DNA from: Pelagomonas calceolata
Lineage: Eukaryota
Length of the DNA stretch: 64,000 bases
Reading direction: 5' to 3'
Assembly (NCBI GenBank): GCA_918797485.1
Contig: CAKKNE010000003.1
Location: 2,790,001 to 2,854,000, forward strand
The position numbers and the translations under genes are program-made. The notes under the pieces are model-generated. The model was not told where the DNA came from. It saw only the letters and a list, made by a program, of their open reading frames with translations, and searched no databases. Shown piece by piece: positions 40,825 to 50,735 of the stretch (position 1 is the first letter of the stretch; every line of letters begins with the position of its first letter).

Positions 40825-41984
40825 ATGAAACTCCTCGCCGCCTTCATGTGTGTGGTAGCGGCACGCAAAGCGCCAAAGAAATTCGAGAGCGCCTTGGAGA
40901 TGACTCTAGACGCGCCTGCGATCGAAGCCAGCAAGGATCAACTCTTTTGCGTGGCCCCGCCGGACGCGCCGGCGGCGTCGTTGATCTTCGGCTCCATCAC
41001 GTGGGACATTGAGTTCGGCAAGGCGGGCGGCCGCGCGCGCGCCGTCAGCGACGACGATTTTCACGAGGCGGGGCGTTCGATAGTGGGCAAGCTCATCGGC
41101 GCCGAGCCCGGCAACCTCGGCAAGGAGCTTGATCAGAAACTGGCCAGGAGGCCATTGTTCCCCATGCCGTGGGACAGCTGCCCGAACCCGTTCTCGGACT
41201 GCGTCCTGGACCTGTCGCCCTACGGCAATTCGTGCGCGCGTGTATCATCTCGGGAGCCGTACAAAATAAAGGTCGTCGTCGATCGTGGCTTCCAGTGCGG
41301 AAATCAACCAGTGCGCCAGGCCGGCCTGGATGTATTATTTACTATTCTGGCCGCCTCGACGCAGCGCGAGAGTGCTTGGCGTCCTCGCACGAGGCGTCTT
41401 AGGCTTACTCACGGTACTCACCCCGGAGTCACACGTTTGATTTCCGCACAGGTGGCTTCCCGGTCCGCCCGCTCATGGTCCTCGCCGGCGTCGCCCTGCT
41501 CGCGGCGGCCCATGCGTTGTCAGCGAACGTGCCCTTCCAGTACGGTTCGGCCGTCGTCATGGGCGAGGCGATCGCTCTCTGCCTCGTGGTGCTCTACTTG
41601 ATCCGCCGCGCGGGCGGCGGCTTCAAGTCCAAGTTCGCGGCCGCGGGGCTTTACACACTACTCGTGCTGAGGAAAGGCGGCACGATCGTCCGGAAGACGC
41701 TCCTCGACCACTGGGAGCTCGCGTTCGTCTACATGCTCGTCGTCGCGGCGGCGTCGTGCTGGGTCGTCGGCGTCTCGCGGAAGTCGAAGAACTTCCACGA
41801 GACGGTCCGCGTCGCCACGAAGTGGACGCTCCGATGCCTCGCCGTCGCATTGTTACACAACGCCTTCAAGGCTCCCGCGGCGCAGTTCGTCGTCTACGCG
41901 GTCCTGGTCGCGCTCTACGCGCGGACGCGCCTCTTGAAAATGACCGGCAAGAAGGAGTACTACCGCGAGGAGAAGACGGAGTAA
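40825..41984 (+). CDS. NEMP/TMEM194-like multi-pass membrane protein, 2 exons (40825-41284, 41452-41984)
   Basis: Splicing 41285-41451 joins ORF 40825 to ORF 41475; LSANVPFQYGSAVVMG resembles the NEMP LSxNxxFYYxxG motif. Confidence 0.65.
41293..41451 (+). mobile_element. Introner element forming a GT-AG intron 41285-41451
   Basis: TIRs cagtgcggaaatcaa / ttgatttccgcacag; perfect 8-bp TSD gtggcttc (41285, 41452). Confidence 0.9.
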
Positions 41985-42004
41985 GTCCTTTCGTGGGGGT
42001 AGAG

Positions 42005-42028
42005 AGCTAGCGGCCTGTAAGGCACTAG
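42005..42028. promoter_or_regulatory. CTAG-box intergenic motif
   Basis: agctagcggcctgtaaggcactag, 20 nt after the upstream stop codon. Confidence 0.72.
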
Positions 42029-42168
42029 GGATGCCTAGCAAAACGCTCTGCGAGCTTGCGCTGCGCGGTCCTTAGATTCGAGGGAGGGCAGCCCAATCAC
42101 CGTAGAAATAAAGTCGTCAAGCACACAAGTCGCAGTCCTGCACCCGGGGGCTGCCCACTCTCTCCGCC

Positions 42169-43911
42169 ATGAGGCAAATCGTCAAGCCCAGGGACTTGCA
42201 CGGGGACCAGATCGAGGCCTGGCAAGAGAAGCAGGTCGAGCTGGCCGCCCAGCGCTGGATCGCCGACGGCGACGCCCCGCTGCCGCGCGAATTCGAGAAG
42301 GTGGCGGACCTCACCAGCTTCCTGGCGAGCGTGGGCCTGCGCGAGGTCTTCAAGAGCGAGCGGAAGCGAGTAGACAAGCAGCGGCGCGTCGACGCCGTCG
42401 TCGCGGCCATCGTTTCCGAGCGGCGCCGCGTGCGCCTCGCCGGGCCCACGGCCTTCCTCTTCCGGAACCGCAGGCTGGAGCTGCCTCAGCCGGTGGGGCT
42501 GCAGTTCCTCACGGTCCGGGAGCTCCTCCAGTTTCGCGCGGTCGATCGGTCGGCGCGGCGCGCGGGCGAGCAAGACCACCACTGGATCCCGCGCCTCCGC
42601 GCGGCCGGCGTCACCGCCGACGCACCGGGCGCCGCGCCCGTGGAGACGGATTGGGATTGGCGCGACATCTACAGAAGTCTCGATAAGTTCCGCGGTATCA
42701 AAAACGTGGAGCGCGATCGCGCGGACGCGGAAGCCAAAGCCATGGCGCAGAATGATCCCGCGGTGCTGGCGTGGCTCCGGGCAGAGGTTGAAAAGGTGGT
42801 TAGGCCTCCGAGGCCAGGGATGCCCCCCGACAGAATCGATTACATCACGCAGAGCATCACGCAAGCCCTCCTGGATGCGACGTCGGCTGAGAGCGTCAAG
42901 CGTAGGGCTGCAAAGGACCTCGGCCCATCGTTCGCGAGCGCGACGCTCGCTCGCGACCTCTGCGTGAAACGCGGCCTAGAGTCTGCCTGGCGTCCCGTGG
43001 CGCGGGGCGGCATGCGCTGGCCGCGGACGAGGGCCATGGATAGGTTCCTCGAAGCCGTACTCTACCGCTGGTCCCACGCCAAGAGCGGTGAGAAGGTCGC
43101 ACTCACGCATGGTCGCTATAGAGACAAAACCCCGTGGTCGACACCGTACGCGGCCGCGCGCCGCGCGAGCTACCACGATTCTCGCTGCCTCGAAGTCAAA
43201 CGGGGCCGCGACGAATTCATCGGAAAGACCTTCCGTGCCTCGTGCTCGGAGAAAAATGGGTGCCAGTGCGAGTCGGCGAACTACGGGCGGCATCCTACCG
43301 TTTGCCTCGGCAGCTCGGCCCTTTCTGCCGGGCGCCACGCGTGGTGGATCAACTATTCCACAAGGAGAGTCTTTAAGCGGTCACGGACGCTAGGCTCGAG
43401 TTGGGCCGACATCCATCTGTACGTAGGCATCGCGACGACCGCGGTCGATCGCACGCGTCCGCTTGGCTTGGATGGGGCGGGCTTCGGCGTCTGCGTGGAG
43501 CGGCCCATCGGCGCCTGCGCCTTTCACGACGGAAGGTGGCTAGACGCGCCTTACATCCACGGGGGGAAAGCCCTGCTTGCCCTCGAGATTAAGGAGGACG
43601 GATCCGCCACGCTGGCGATATCGAGCAAGGGCTGGGCCGACCAGACGCCGAGGATTATCGCCGAAGGCCTACGACTCACCGGCGGTCCGGCGTTGCGTCC
43701 GGCCGTGTCGTTCTGCGACGGTGCGCTGGTCGACATTGAGCCTCTCGTCGAACCGCCCCGGAACCTCATGGCCCCGGGACCACCCCCCGGTGGTGACTGG
43801 TGGCACCACGTCCAGACAGAATGCCTTTGCGGTATTTCCTGTCTTTGCGAGCATGAGTCGGAGCACCGTGACCCAGTGCGGATGCCCCGGCCCCGGGGGC
43901 GCTCGGGCTAG
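42169..43911 (+). CDS. Uncharacterised protein with F-box-like and SPRY-like regions
   Basis: LPQPVGLQFLTVRELLQFRAVDRS..W F-box-like; YVGIAT..LRPAVSF SPRY-like. Confidence 0.6.
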   Translation: MRQIVKPRDLHGDQIEAWQEKQVELAAQRWIADGDAPLPREFEKVADLTSFLASVGLREVFKSERKRVDKQRRVDAVVAAIVSERRRVRLAGPTAFLFRNRRLELPQPVGLQFLTVRELLQFRAVDRSARRAGEQDHHWIPRLRAAGVTADAPGAAPVETDWDWRDIYRSLDKFRGIKNVERDRADAEAKAMAQNDPAVLAWLRAEVEKVVRPPRPGMPPDRIDYITQSITQALLDATSAESVKRRAAKDLGPSFASATLARDLCVKRGLESAWRPVARGGMRWPRTRAMDRFLEAVLYRWSHAKSGEKVALTHGRYRDKTPWSTPYAAARRASYHDSRCLEVKRGRDEFIGKTFRASCSEKNGCQCESANYGRHPTVCLGSSALSAGRHAWWINYSTRRVFKRSRTLGSSWADIHLYVGIATTAVDRTRPLGLDGAGFGVCVERPIGACAFHDGRWLDAPYIHGGKALLALEIKEDGSATLAISSKGWADQTPRIIAEGLRLTGGPALRPAVSFCDGALVDIEPLVEPPRNLMAPGPPPGGDWWHHVQTECLCGISCLCEHESEHRDPVRMPRPRGRSG

Positions 43912-43923
43912 AAATAAATAAGT

Positions 43924-46131
43924 TTACTGTATGAACACGACCACGCCGCCACTCGTCGGGCGCGACAGCTCGGCGCGGGACCGCGGCCCAGCGCTCCGCG
44001 GCCGCGGACCCGTGTGGCCGCCCGGCAGCGGCGACTTCCGGGCCCGCGGCCCGGTCCGCGACGGCGTCCGCTGCGGCGTGCCCCGCGCGAGGCGCGCGAC
44101 GCCGCGGACGCCGTCGGGCGTCCAGGGCTCGGGCGCGCGGCGGCCCGTCGTCGTCTCGAGCAGCCGCACGCGCGCCTGGAGGTCCGCGAGGATCTGCGCC
44201 ACCTTCGTCGACGGCCTTTTCCGCGGCGGCGTCGCGGGCACCGGCTCGGGCTCGGGCTCCTCCTCCGCGTCCGGAGCGCCCTCGGCAGACGCCTCTTCTT
44301 CGGCGTCGTCCGACGCATCTTCGGCGTCGCTCTCCGACTCGGAGGCGCTCTTCTCGGGCGTCAGGAACGGCGTCGGGGACGGGCCGAGGCGCCTCGGCGG
44401 CGCCGACGCCGGCCGCGGCACGCGCGCCGGCGGCGCCTCCTGGAGGACCTCAGGTGAGACGACGACGCGCGCCCGCCGCACGGCGTCGGCGGACTTGGGT
44501 CTGGAGATACGCTCGGGCTCCTCCTCCTCCTCCTCCTCAGAATCGTCCTCGACGACGAGCGCGTCCTCGTCGTCGTCGACGACGCGCCGCCGACGACGAC
44601 AAGCGTCCCGCGCGAGACTCACGAACTCGGGCGCGAAGGGCCGGTCCCACGTCGAATTGTTAGAAACGAGGTCGTGGAAGAAGGGCCTCCCGTCCTTCGC
44701 GTGCGACCGCACCCAATTCGGCGGCAGGTCACTCTGTAACGCGCGCCTCGCCACCCATAAGGCGTGGGTATCTGTCAAACATCTCAAACCCAAACCGCGG
44801 CAGGCCTCGACCAATTCTTCGTCCAATTCATTCGGCCAGTAGCCCTCCTCGTCGACCTGGTCGTACGCCTCCTCGGCCTCGCGCGCGACTTGTAGTACTC
44901 GTTTTCTCGCCTTCGCGGCGCGTTTCCAGGCTCCGGACTTTGTAATCCTCTTGACGAAGGCTCGCGCGTGGACGCGGCCGTCTCCATTGAGATCGTAGGC
45001 CGTCGTCAGGCGCTGGACGACGTCCGGCGCGACGCGGTCGAGTTGCAAATGGCGCAGTCCGTCGGAAAAGGCCCGCCTCGTAACGAAGCTGTCGCCAAAC
45101 AGGTCGCGCAGTTGGTGAACGGCGTGATTGGTAGGATCGCACTGCGCGTAGGATGTAACAGGAGGCGGCGGCAGTAATCTCGAGGCCGCGCCCGCGCAGA
45201 CCGTATCTTCTAAAGACGCGAAGTCCGGATCGTCGAGGAACACTGCCAAATCAGAGCACCGTAGCTCCTTTCCTCGCGCTATTGCTTTGACGAGCCCCTG
45301 CGCATCACCTAAAGTCGCCGCGATGCCCAGTGACCGGAGCCCCTCGTAGACGTCCCTAGGGTCGGCCTTCCGTCTCACTCGCCTATCAAAGAGGCGGAAG
45401 AGTTGCGAGACGGGCCGCCCGCCCCGCTTCGACAGTAACCGCGCGCGCAGCTCCCTGACCAGTTGCGACACGCGCGTGTCGACCGTCGGTTCTCGCCTTG
45501 ATGTAGGCCGCTGCGTCAGCGCCACGACGCCGCCACGTGATGCTTTCATAGTAAAACCTCCCGTCCAGGCGTGGATCGCCTCCTCGAAGCCGTCCTCGTT
45601 ATCGTCCTCGACAATACCTAAAGCCGCCTCGTCGTCGCGCTCCGGCCGCACCCAGCCTACCGAAACCTTGGCCTGGGCCGAGAGCGGCCTCGTCGCTGAA
45701 GGCTTCGGACGCCGTTGCAACGTCGCCGTGCGCGGCCTTTGCAAACGCCGCGACTGCGCCAGCTCCTGGATTCGGGTCCGGGGCGGGAATTGAGGCGCGC
45801 TCCTCCCATCCAAGCGCTTCCGACGCGTGTAGGTGTCGAGCTCCCGTCGCCTATCTCGCAGCGGCTTCGAGACGGGCTGGGGGTCGGCCGTCGCGCCGTC
45901 CGCGGGCTCGGACTCGTCCGCATCGATCAATGCTTCTTCGATCAGTTGATCGGCCTTCTTGCCGGCGGCATCGAGCAACTCCAAATCTTCGACCTGCTCG
46001 AGGCTCAGACCGATGGGCGACTGGCGCCGCTGCTTCAGGCGTCTTGTCCTTGTGACTCTGTCCGTCGGCCTTACTCTTGGTCTTTGCGCCTCTTCGATGG
46101 TGACGCGGCCGGCGCTGGCCGGGCGCGGCAT
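43924..46131 (-). CDS. EF-hand + WW-domain protein (CEP164-like WW region)
   Basis: YDLNGDGRV EF loop; LWVARRALQSDLPPNW..FFHDLVSNNSTWDRP resembles the CEP164 N-terminal WW region. Confidence 0.7.
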   Translation of the reverse strand: MPRPASAGRVTIEEAQRPRVRPTDRVTRTRRLKQRRQSPIGLSLEQVEDLELLDAAGKKADQLIEEALIDADESEPADGATADPQPVSKPLRDRRRELDTYTRRKRLDGRSAPQFPPRTRIQELAQSRRLQRPRTATLQRRPKPSATRPLSAQAKVSVGWVRPERDDEAALGIVEDDNEDGFEEAIHAWTGGFTMKASRGGVVALTQRPTSRREPTVDTRVSQLVRELRARLLSKRGGRPVSQLFRLFDRRVRRKADPRDVYEGLRSLGIAATLGDAQGLVKAIARGKELRCSDLAVFLDDPDFASLEDTVCAGAASRLLPPPPVTSYAQCDPTNHAVHQLRDLFGDSFVTRRAFSDGLRHLQLDRVAPDVVQRLTTAYDLNGDGRVHARAFVKRITKSGAWKRAAKARKRVLQVAREAEEAYDQVDEEGYWPNELDEELVEACRGLGLRCLTDTHALWVARRALQSDLPPNWVRSHAKDGRPFFHDLVSNNSTWDRPFAPEFVSLARDACRRRRRVVDDDEDALVVEDDSEEEEEEEPERISRPKSADAVRRARVVVSPEVLQEAPPARVPRPASAPPRRLGPSPTPFLTPEKSASESESDAEDASDDAEEEASAEGAPDAEEEPEPEPVPATPPRKRPSTKVAQILADLQARVRLLETTTGRRAPEPWTPDGVRGVARLARGTPQRTPSRTGPRARKSPLPGGHTGPRPRSAGPRSRAELSRPTSGGVVVFIQ

Positions 46132-46207
46132 TGTGTGGTGTCCCAAACGCGCTGCTGGTGGCTCCGGGGCAGCGCTTTTGGCAGCCCCGACTGCGAAACG
46201 AACGCTT

Positions 46208-46226
46208 GCTAGTGTGCTTAGCTAGC
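46208..46226. promoter_or_regulatory. CTAG-box intergenic motif (short, reverse)
   Basis: gctagtgtgcttagctagc between divergent genes. Confidence 0.55.
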
Positions 46227-46352
46227 GCGCCGCGGGTCAGCGCTCCGAGAGCAAAAACGGGGTGCGTAAGCAGCGAGAGAGAGAGCGAGCAAAAAAGTGC
46301 ACTCCGAACGTAATACGCAGCCCGAACGACGTCGCGGCATCAATTCCTCACC

Positions 46353-47543
46353 ATGGACGCCCCCCAGAAGCGTGCGCGCGACGAGGAGGCGGCCACGGAG
46401 CGCCCGAACAAGAGGTACAAGTGCGAGCCCTCTCTCGACACGGCTGCGAAGCAAGAGGACCTCTCGGCGCTCTCCAAGCCCGAGCTGCGCGCCCTCGTCG
46501 CGTCGGCGCGAGCCCTGGCGCGGCGCGCCGACGGGGAGATCGCGGCGCGGCACGCGTCGTTCCCGCGGTGCCTCCCGCCGCAGTTCGTCATGGCCTGGCT
46601 GCCACTCGGCGACCTGCCCTGCGCCCTGCGAGTCTCGAAGGCCTGGCACGGCGCGTCCGAGGCGCTGTTCCAGGTCGTCTTCCGGGAGAACGGGCTCGTG
46701 GACCGCGTTGGTACGTGGCGGGAGTCCGTCTTTAGCTACGCGCGCGAGATACGCTGGGCCGGGAGCCAGCCGAGCTATTATCCTTGGAAGGAGCTCAACG
46801 GTCCTGCCACGGTCACGAACCGCGAAAAGACCCTTATGTACTTCCGCGGCCGCGCGATCCGCCTCTGGCCCGGCTGCACGACGTCGTGGCGGGTACTCGT
46901 GGAGAAACCGTCGGACGGGAGCGGAACTTACATCAACGCGGTCGGCTTTGCGATCTTGGACCCCAGTAATCCCGGGAAGGTCCTCGCCGCGTACGAATGG
47001 AACGAGGACGGGCAACCGTATCCCATGGACGCCGTCCGGTGCAGGAACGCCGGCGGCTTTCCGGTGCGAGACTTAAAGATTAATTGTGGTATCCGCCCAT
47101 TCTTTCGGAGCGACGACGTGATCGAGGTTAAGGTCACTTACGAGGGCCCCCTACGCATCACGGCGACGGTCGAAGTCGACGGAGAAAGCGCTCGGAGTGG
47201 GATTGAAATGCGCGACTGTGGCAAGTCTACGATGCTCCGCGTCGAACCGTTGGAGCGCGACGGCCGGAAGGACGACGTCGCCCCCGTGCTCGGCAGGGAG
47301 GGGACCCTCGTCGTGGCGCCGTTCTGCGACCTATGCCGGGGGTCCTCCGCGTCGCTCACTTGGAGTCCTCTCGCGCACAGCAACTCTTGGCAGACGTGGC
47401 GCGAGCACAAAGAGGGAAAGAAGACCTGGTATGAGCCGCGCCTGGCTCCCCCACTTCCCCCGCGAATGGCTCAGGCTCTGGCTCAGGAAAGAGGTCCAAT
47501 AACACCGGCACGGAGAGCACGTCTCCCCAGAGCACGTCGCTAG
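46353..47543 (+). CDS. F-box-like protein
   Basis: LPPQFVMAWLPLGDLPCALRVSKAW. Confidence 0.6.
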   Translation: MDAPQKRARDEEAATERPNKRYKCEPSLDTAAKQEDLSALSKPELRALVASARALARRADGEIAARHASFPRCLPPQFVMAWLPLGDLPCALRVSKAWHGASEALFQVVFRENGLVDRVGTWRESVFSYAREIRWAGSQPSYYPWKELNGPATVTNREKTLMYFRGRAIRLWPGCTTSWRVLVEKPSDGSGTYINAVGFAILDPSNPGKVLAAYEWNEDGQPYPMDAVRCRNAGGFPVRDLKINCGIRPFFRSDDVIEVKVTYEGPLRITATVEVDGESARSGIEMRDCGKSTMLRVEPLERDGRKDDVAPVLGREGTLVVAPFCDLCRGSSASLTWSPLAHSNSWQTWREHKEGKKTWYEPRLAPPLPPRMAQALAQERGPITPARRARLPRARR

Positions 47544-47566
47544 TAGGCTCCATAAGTCAACAATTT

Positions 47567-50329
47567 TTACGACCCCGACGACGACCGCCGCGCGTGCTCC
47601 TTCGCCCGCTCCCGCAGCGGCTTGGGCACACTCCTATCCCGCACCGGCGTCGCCGCGGCCCGCGCCGGGATTTGAACATTCTCCTCCTCGTTGAGCTCCT
47701 CGTCCACCAAGTTGAGGAAGGACGACGCCACGGACTCGATCTTCTCGCTGCCGACGCTGAAGAGTTTCCGCGCCGACCCGCCCGCGCGGAACGGCGAGAA
47801 GAGGCCGGGCGACGACTGCTGTTGAGCCTTCTGGGCCTTGCGCTCCGTCTGCAGCAGTTTCGCGGAATAGTAGGCTTCTCTCCGCTCCAGTCGCTGCGAC
47901 GCCTCGACCTTCGCCACCAGTGCTGCGACACAAGCTTGCGACGCGCAAGCGATCGCCGCGGCTCCTTCTAACCTAGAGCGCTCGGACGCGCCCTCCATCA
48001 TCAGACTCAGATTGCGCGCGTCGGCGTCGGCTTGAGCTTGGGCGTTGGAGCGCGTCAATTCGTCGAGGTCATCAGAAAGCTTCGCGGCGTCGGCCTCGCT
48101 TTCGTTTAGCCGTCTTCTTAACTCAGCAAGCTCCTTTTCTCGCTGCTCGATGGCGTCGCCGTGCCGCAGCGCCGCCGCCGACGCGTCGTCCTCCGATCTC
48201 TTGAGACGACCGTCCAAGTCAGCGACGCGGTTTTGCAGCTGCTCGAGCGACTGTGTGAGAGTCGCACTCATCTCGCGCTCGCTTCTCAATTCCCGCCGCG
48301 TCGCCTCGAGGGAAGCTTCCGCGTCGCCCGCTCGACTCTCGGCGTTCGCCAGGTCGTCGGTCGTCGACGCGAGCTTCTTCTGCGTCTCTTCCAAGGAGCT
48401 TTGGGTCCGCGCGACGTCGGCCTCCAAATCTTTTGCCGTGCGTTTGCTATCAGCGAGCGCGTCGTCGACTTCTCGCTTCGCGCTCCGCAGTTCATCGACG
48501 TCGCGTTCCGTTGCGGCGAGTTTCGTTGATACAGTTTCGATCTCCGTTGTTAAACGAGACCGCTCGGCCGACGCGCGCGCCTCGGCCTCGTCGAAGCGCT
48601 TCTTGGCCTCGGCGCGCTCATCGCTCTGCTCTTTCTCGAGGCGCTTTTGTAGTAACACTCGGGATGCGGCGCCCCTCCTCAGAACCTCGGCCACGGCCGG
48701 TTCTACTAACCGCGGCACCGCGGTCGTAGATAGCGCATCCACTAAACGTGCTTCCCGTCGGGGCCCGCGGAACTTTGTCGTTAGATCGTCGCAGAGCGGC
48801 TCCCATAAACCAGTGCGCGCTCTTTCCACGACTAGACCGCCGTGGGACTCGTCCTCCTCCGCGTCGGGCAGGCCGGCGAAGGCGTCCCTCTCGGCCAAAT
48901 TTCTCAGTGCCGCGTCGCAGCTGGCGTCGGAGCGCGCCTCTAAATCACGTCGCGCAGTGTCACAGAGCTTCGCGAGCTGCGCCTCCAGCGCGCTTCGCGC
49001 TTCGGCCCGATCTGAGCCGTCGCACGACCGCGTATCGAAGACTCGCAAAGCCGCGTCGCACGCGTCTCGGCAGGCCGCGTCCGCACTTAAAGCATCGGAC
49101 AACACAGGTGGTTCTGGTAACTCACCTTCTGGTATGGCCAGGTTGTCCTCAAAAGCCTCCAGCGCTTGTTGCGACGCCCGCGCGTTCAGTTCTCGAGAGG
49201 CCGCGTCCCACGCTCCTCTAATAGAGGGCGCGGCGCCGTTGTTGATCGCGTCCACATGATGTCTAGCTAACGCGGCCAAGGCGGAAGCGGAGCACGGCGC
49301 GCCTAAGACACTTTTCCCTCGGATGGTTGTCACACCTATCTCATCTCTACCATCAACAAGTGAGCTCCTCAATAACTTAAGCTTCGCCACGAACTCCTCC
49401 CTCAACTCTTCATCCTTCAACGCGTGGGCCCGTCTCAGAGATGCTTCATCTAACGCCGGTCGCACGAGTGTCGTACACGACCGCCGGCCCCGCGGGAACA
49501 ACCGCCGCAATGCTTGTCTCGTTTCGTTGCGCCGCTCGTGCCGCTTCTGGCCCGGCGTCCCGCGATCTCTTAATGCATCTTCCAAGTACTCTTGATCAGA
49601 TATGGCGACGCCGTCCCTCGTCGGCGTCAACGCGAAGTCCCGCACCAACACGAGCAAAGGTGGAAAGTGGTCCTCTACTGAACCTTCAGTAGCGATGCGC
49701 TTCGTGACCTCCGTCACCAGATGTAATCTCTCTATGGTACTATCATCAATGACGCCCACCACGTTTAAAACAAAATAAGAAGACAGTAGTAGCGCTAAAG
49801 CAAAGACCTTGGCGTCATACGTCTCGTCTTGATCTGCTGATGCGAGGCCCTCGGTGTCCATTAACAACAGAGTGGCACCGTCACTCGTCTTCAGGTCGGG
49901 CCGGTGCCACAACCACACGCCTCTGGTGCATGGTTCTGTGGTCTCGCCGACGCCGAAGCCTCCTTCACTTCCGGCCAATCTATTGAGAAAGAAGGACTTG
50001 CCCGTGCGGTACATGCCCGCTACAGAACATACAGCTACTCTCGTCTCGTTCAGGCTTTCTAGTAATTGTAAGCCCTCCTCCTCTACTCTGAGCAACGCTT
50101 CGCCGTCGTCGCCTACTTCGTTTTCGTCCTGGGTGATCAATCGGACGACGGTCGGCGTGTCGTCCCGCTTGACCTTCGCGCCCGGGAGGCGGTGCGCGGC
50201 GCCCGAGCCTTCCTCCTCGAGTGCATACGTGCCGTCTCCGTGAATCGCGGTGACGACGCCCCGGTGGACGGACTTGTCGGGCAGGCGGAAGCGCGCGCGG
50301 TCGCCCACGGCTAGTGCGGAGCCGTTCAT
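47567..50329 (-). CDS. Guanylate-binding protein (GBP/atlastin-type GTPase) with an N-terminal Tudor-like domain and long coiled coil
   Basis: VAGMYRTGKSFFLN, PCTRGVW, LMDTEG, LLLSSYF, VRDF; coiled-coil C-terminus. Confidence 0.88.
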   Translation of the reverse strand: MNGSALAVGDRARFRLPDKSVHRGVVTAIHGDGTYALEEEGSGAAHRLPGAKVKRDDTPTVVRLITQDENEVGDDGEALLRVEEEGLQLLESLNETRVAVCSVAGMYRTGKSFFLNRLAGSEGGFGVGETTEPCTRGVWLWHRPDLKTSDGATLLLMDTEGLASADQDETYDAKVFALALLLSSYFVLNVVGVIDDSTIERLHLVTEVTKRIATEGSVEDHFPPLLVLVRDFALTPTRDGVAISDQEYLEDALRDRGTPGQKRHERRNETRQALRRLFPRGRRSCTTLVRPALDEASLRRAHALKDEELREEFVAKLKLLRSSLVDGRDEIGVTTIRGKSVLGAPCSASALAALARHHVDAINNGAAPSIRGAWDAASRELNARASQQALEAFEDNLAIPEGELPEPPVLSDALSADAACRDACDAALRVFDTRSCDGSDRAEARSALEAQLAKLCDTARRDLEARSDASCDAALRNLAERDAFAGLPDAEEDESHGGLVVERARTGLWEPLCDDLTTKFRGPRREARLVDALSTTAVPRLVEPAVAEVLRRGAASRVLLQKRLEKEQSDERAEAKKRFDEAEARASAERSRLTTEIETVSTKLAATERDVDELRSAKREVDDALADSKRTAKDLEADVARTQSSLEETQKKLASTTDDLANAESRAGDAEASLEATRRELRSEREMSATLTQSLEQLQNRVADLDGRLKRSEDDASAAALRHGDAIEQREKELAELRRRLNESEADAAKLSDDLDELTRSNAQAQADADARNLSLMMEGASERSRLEGAAAIACASQACVAALVAKVEASQRLERREAYYSAKLLQTERKAQKAQQQSSPGLFSPFRAGGSARKLFSVGSEKIESVASSFLNLVDEELNEEENVQIPARAAATPVRDRSVPKPLRERAKEHARRSSSGS

Positions 50330-50553
50330 TTTATCGGTGCGGCGTGCCGCGTCCGCAGCGCCGCGCCGCGCCGATTTGTTTTTTGTAAATTTGCAACTGC
50401 TGTGCTGCTGAGCGTTGCTAGAGCACAGCTGGAGCTGCGCGCGCTGTCTGCGCACTGCTGGTGGGCACTTACGCTCGTGTAAAGCGCTATTGGCTCAAAC
50501 TTCCATGACTTTGCTGCGCCGCGCAATTGCAAAAATTTAATGAATTAATTGCT

Positions 50554-50572
50554 TTAGTGCCTTACACGCTAC
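50554..50572. promoter_or_regulatory. CTAG-box intergenic motif (reverse, variant)
   Basis: ttagtgccttacacgctac between divergent genes. Confidence 0.55.
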
Positions 50573-50735
50573 CTCGCCGCCGCCGCCTCCGAGCTTTGAG
50601 GGCAACGCTGGTTTAGCATACTCTCAAACGCTGTAATTGGTCCGAGGAGCTTTTCGGCAGCCAGCCGCAGTCGCCTGCCGGCTGGCAGCTTCTAGGATTC
50701 AGCACAGACCCCTCTGACAGGGACCAGCCCAAAAC

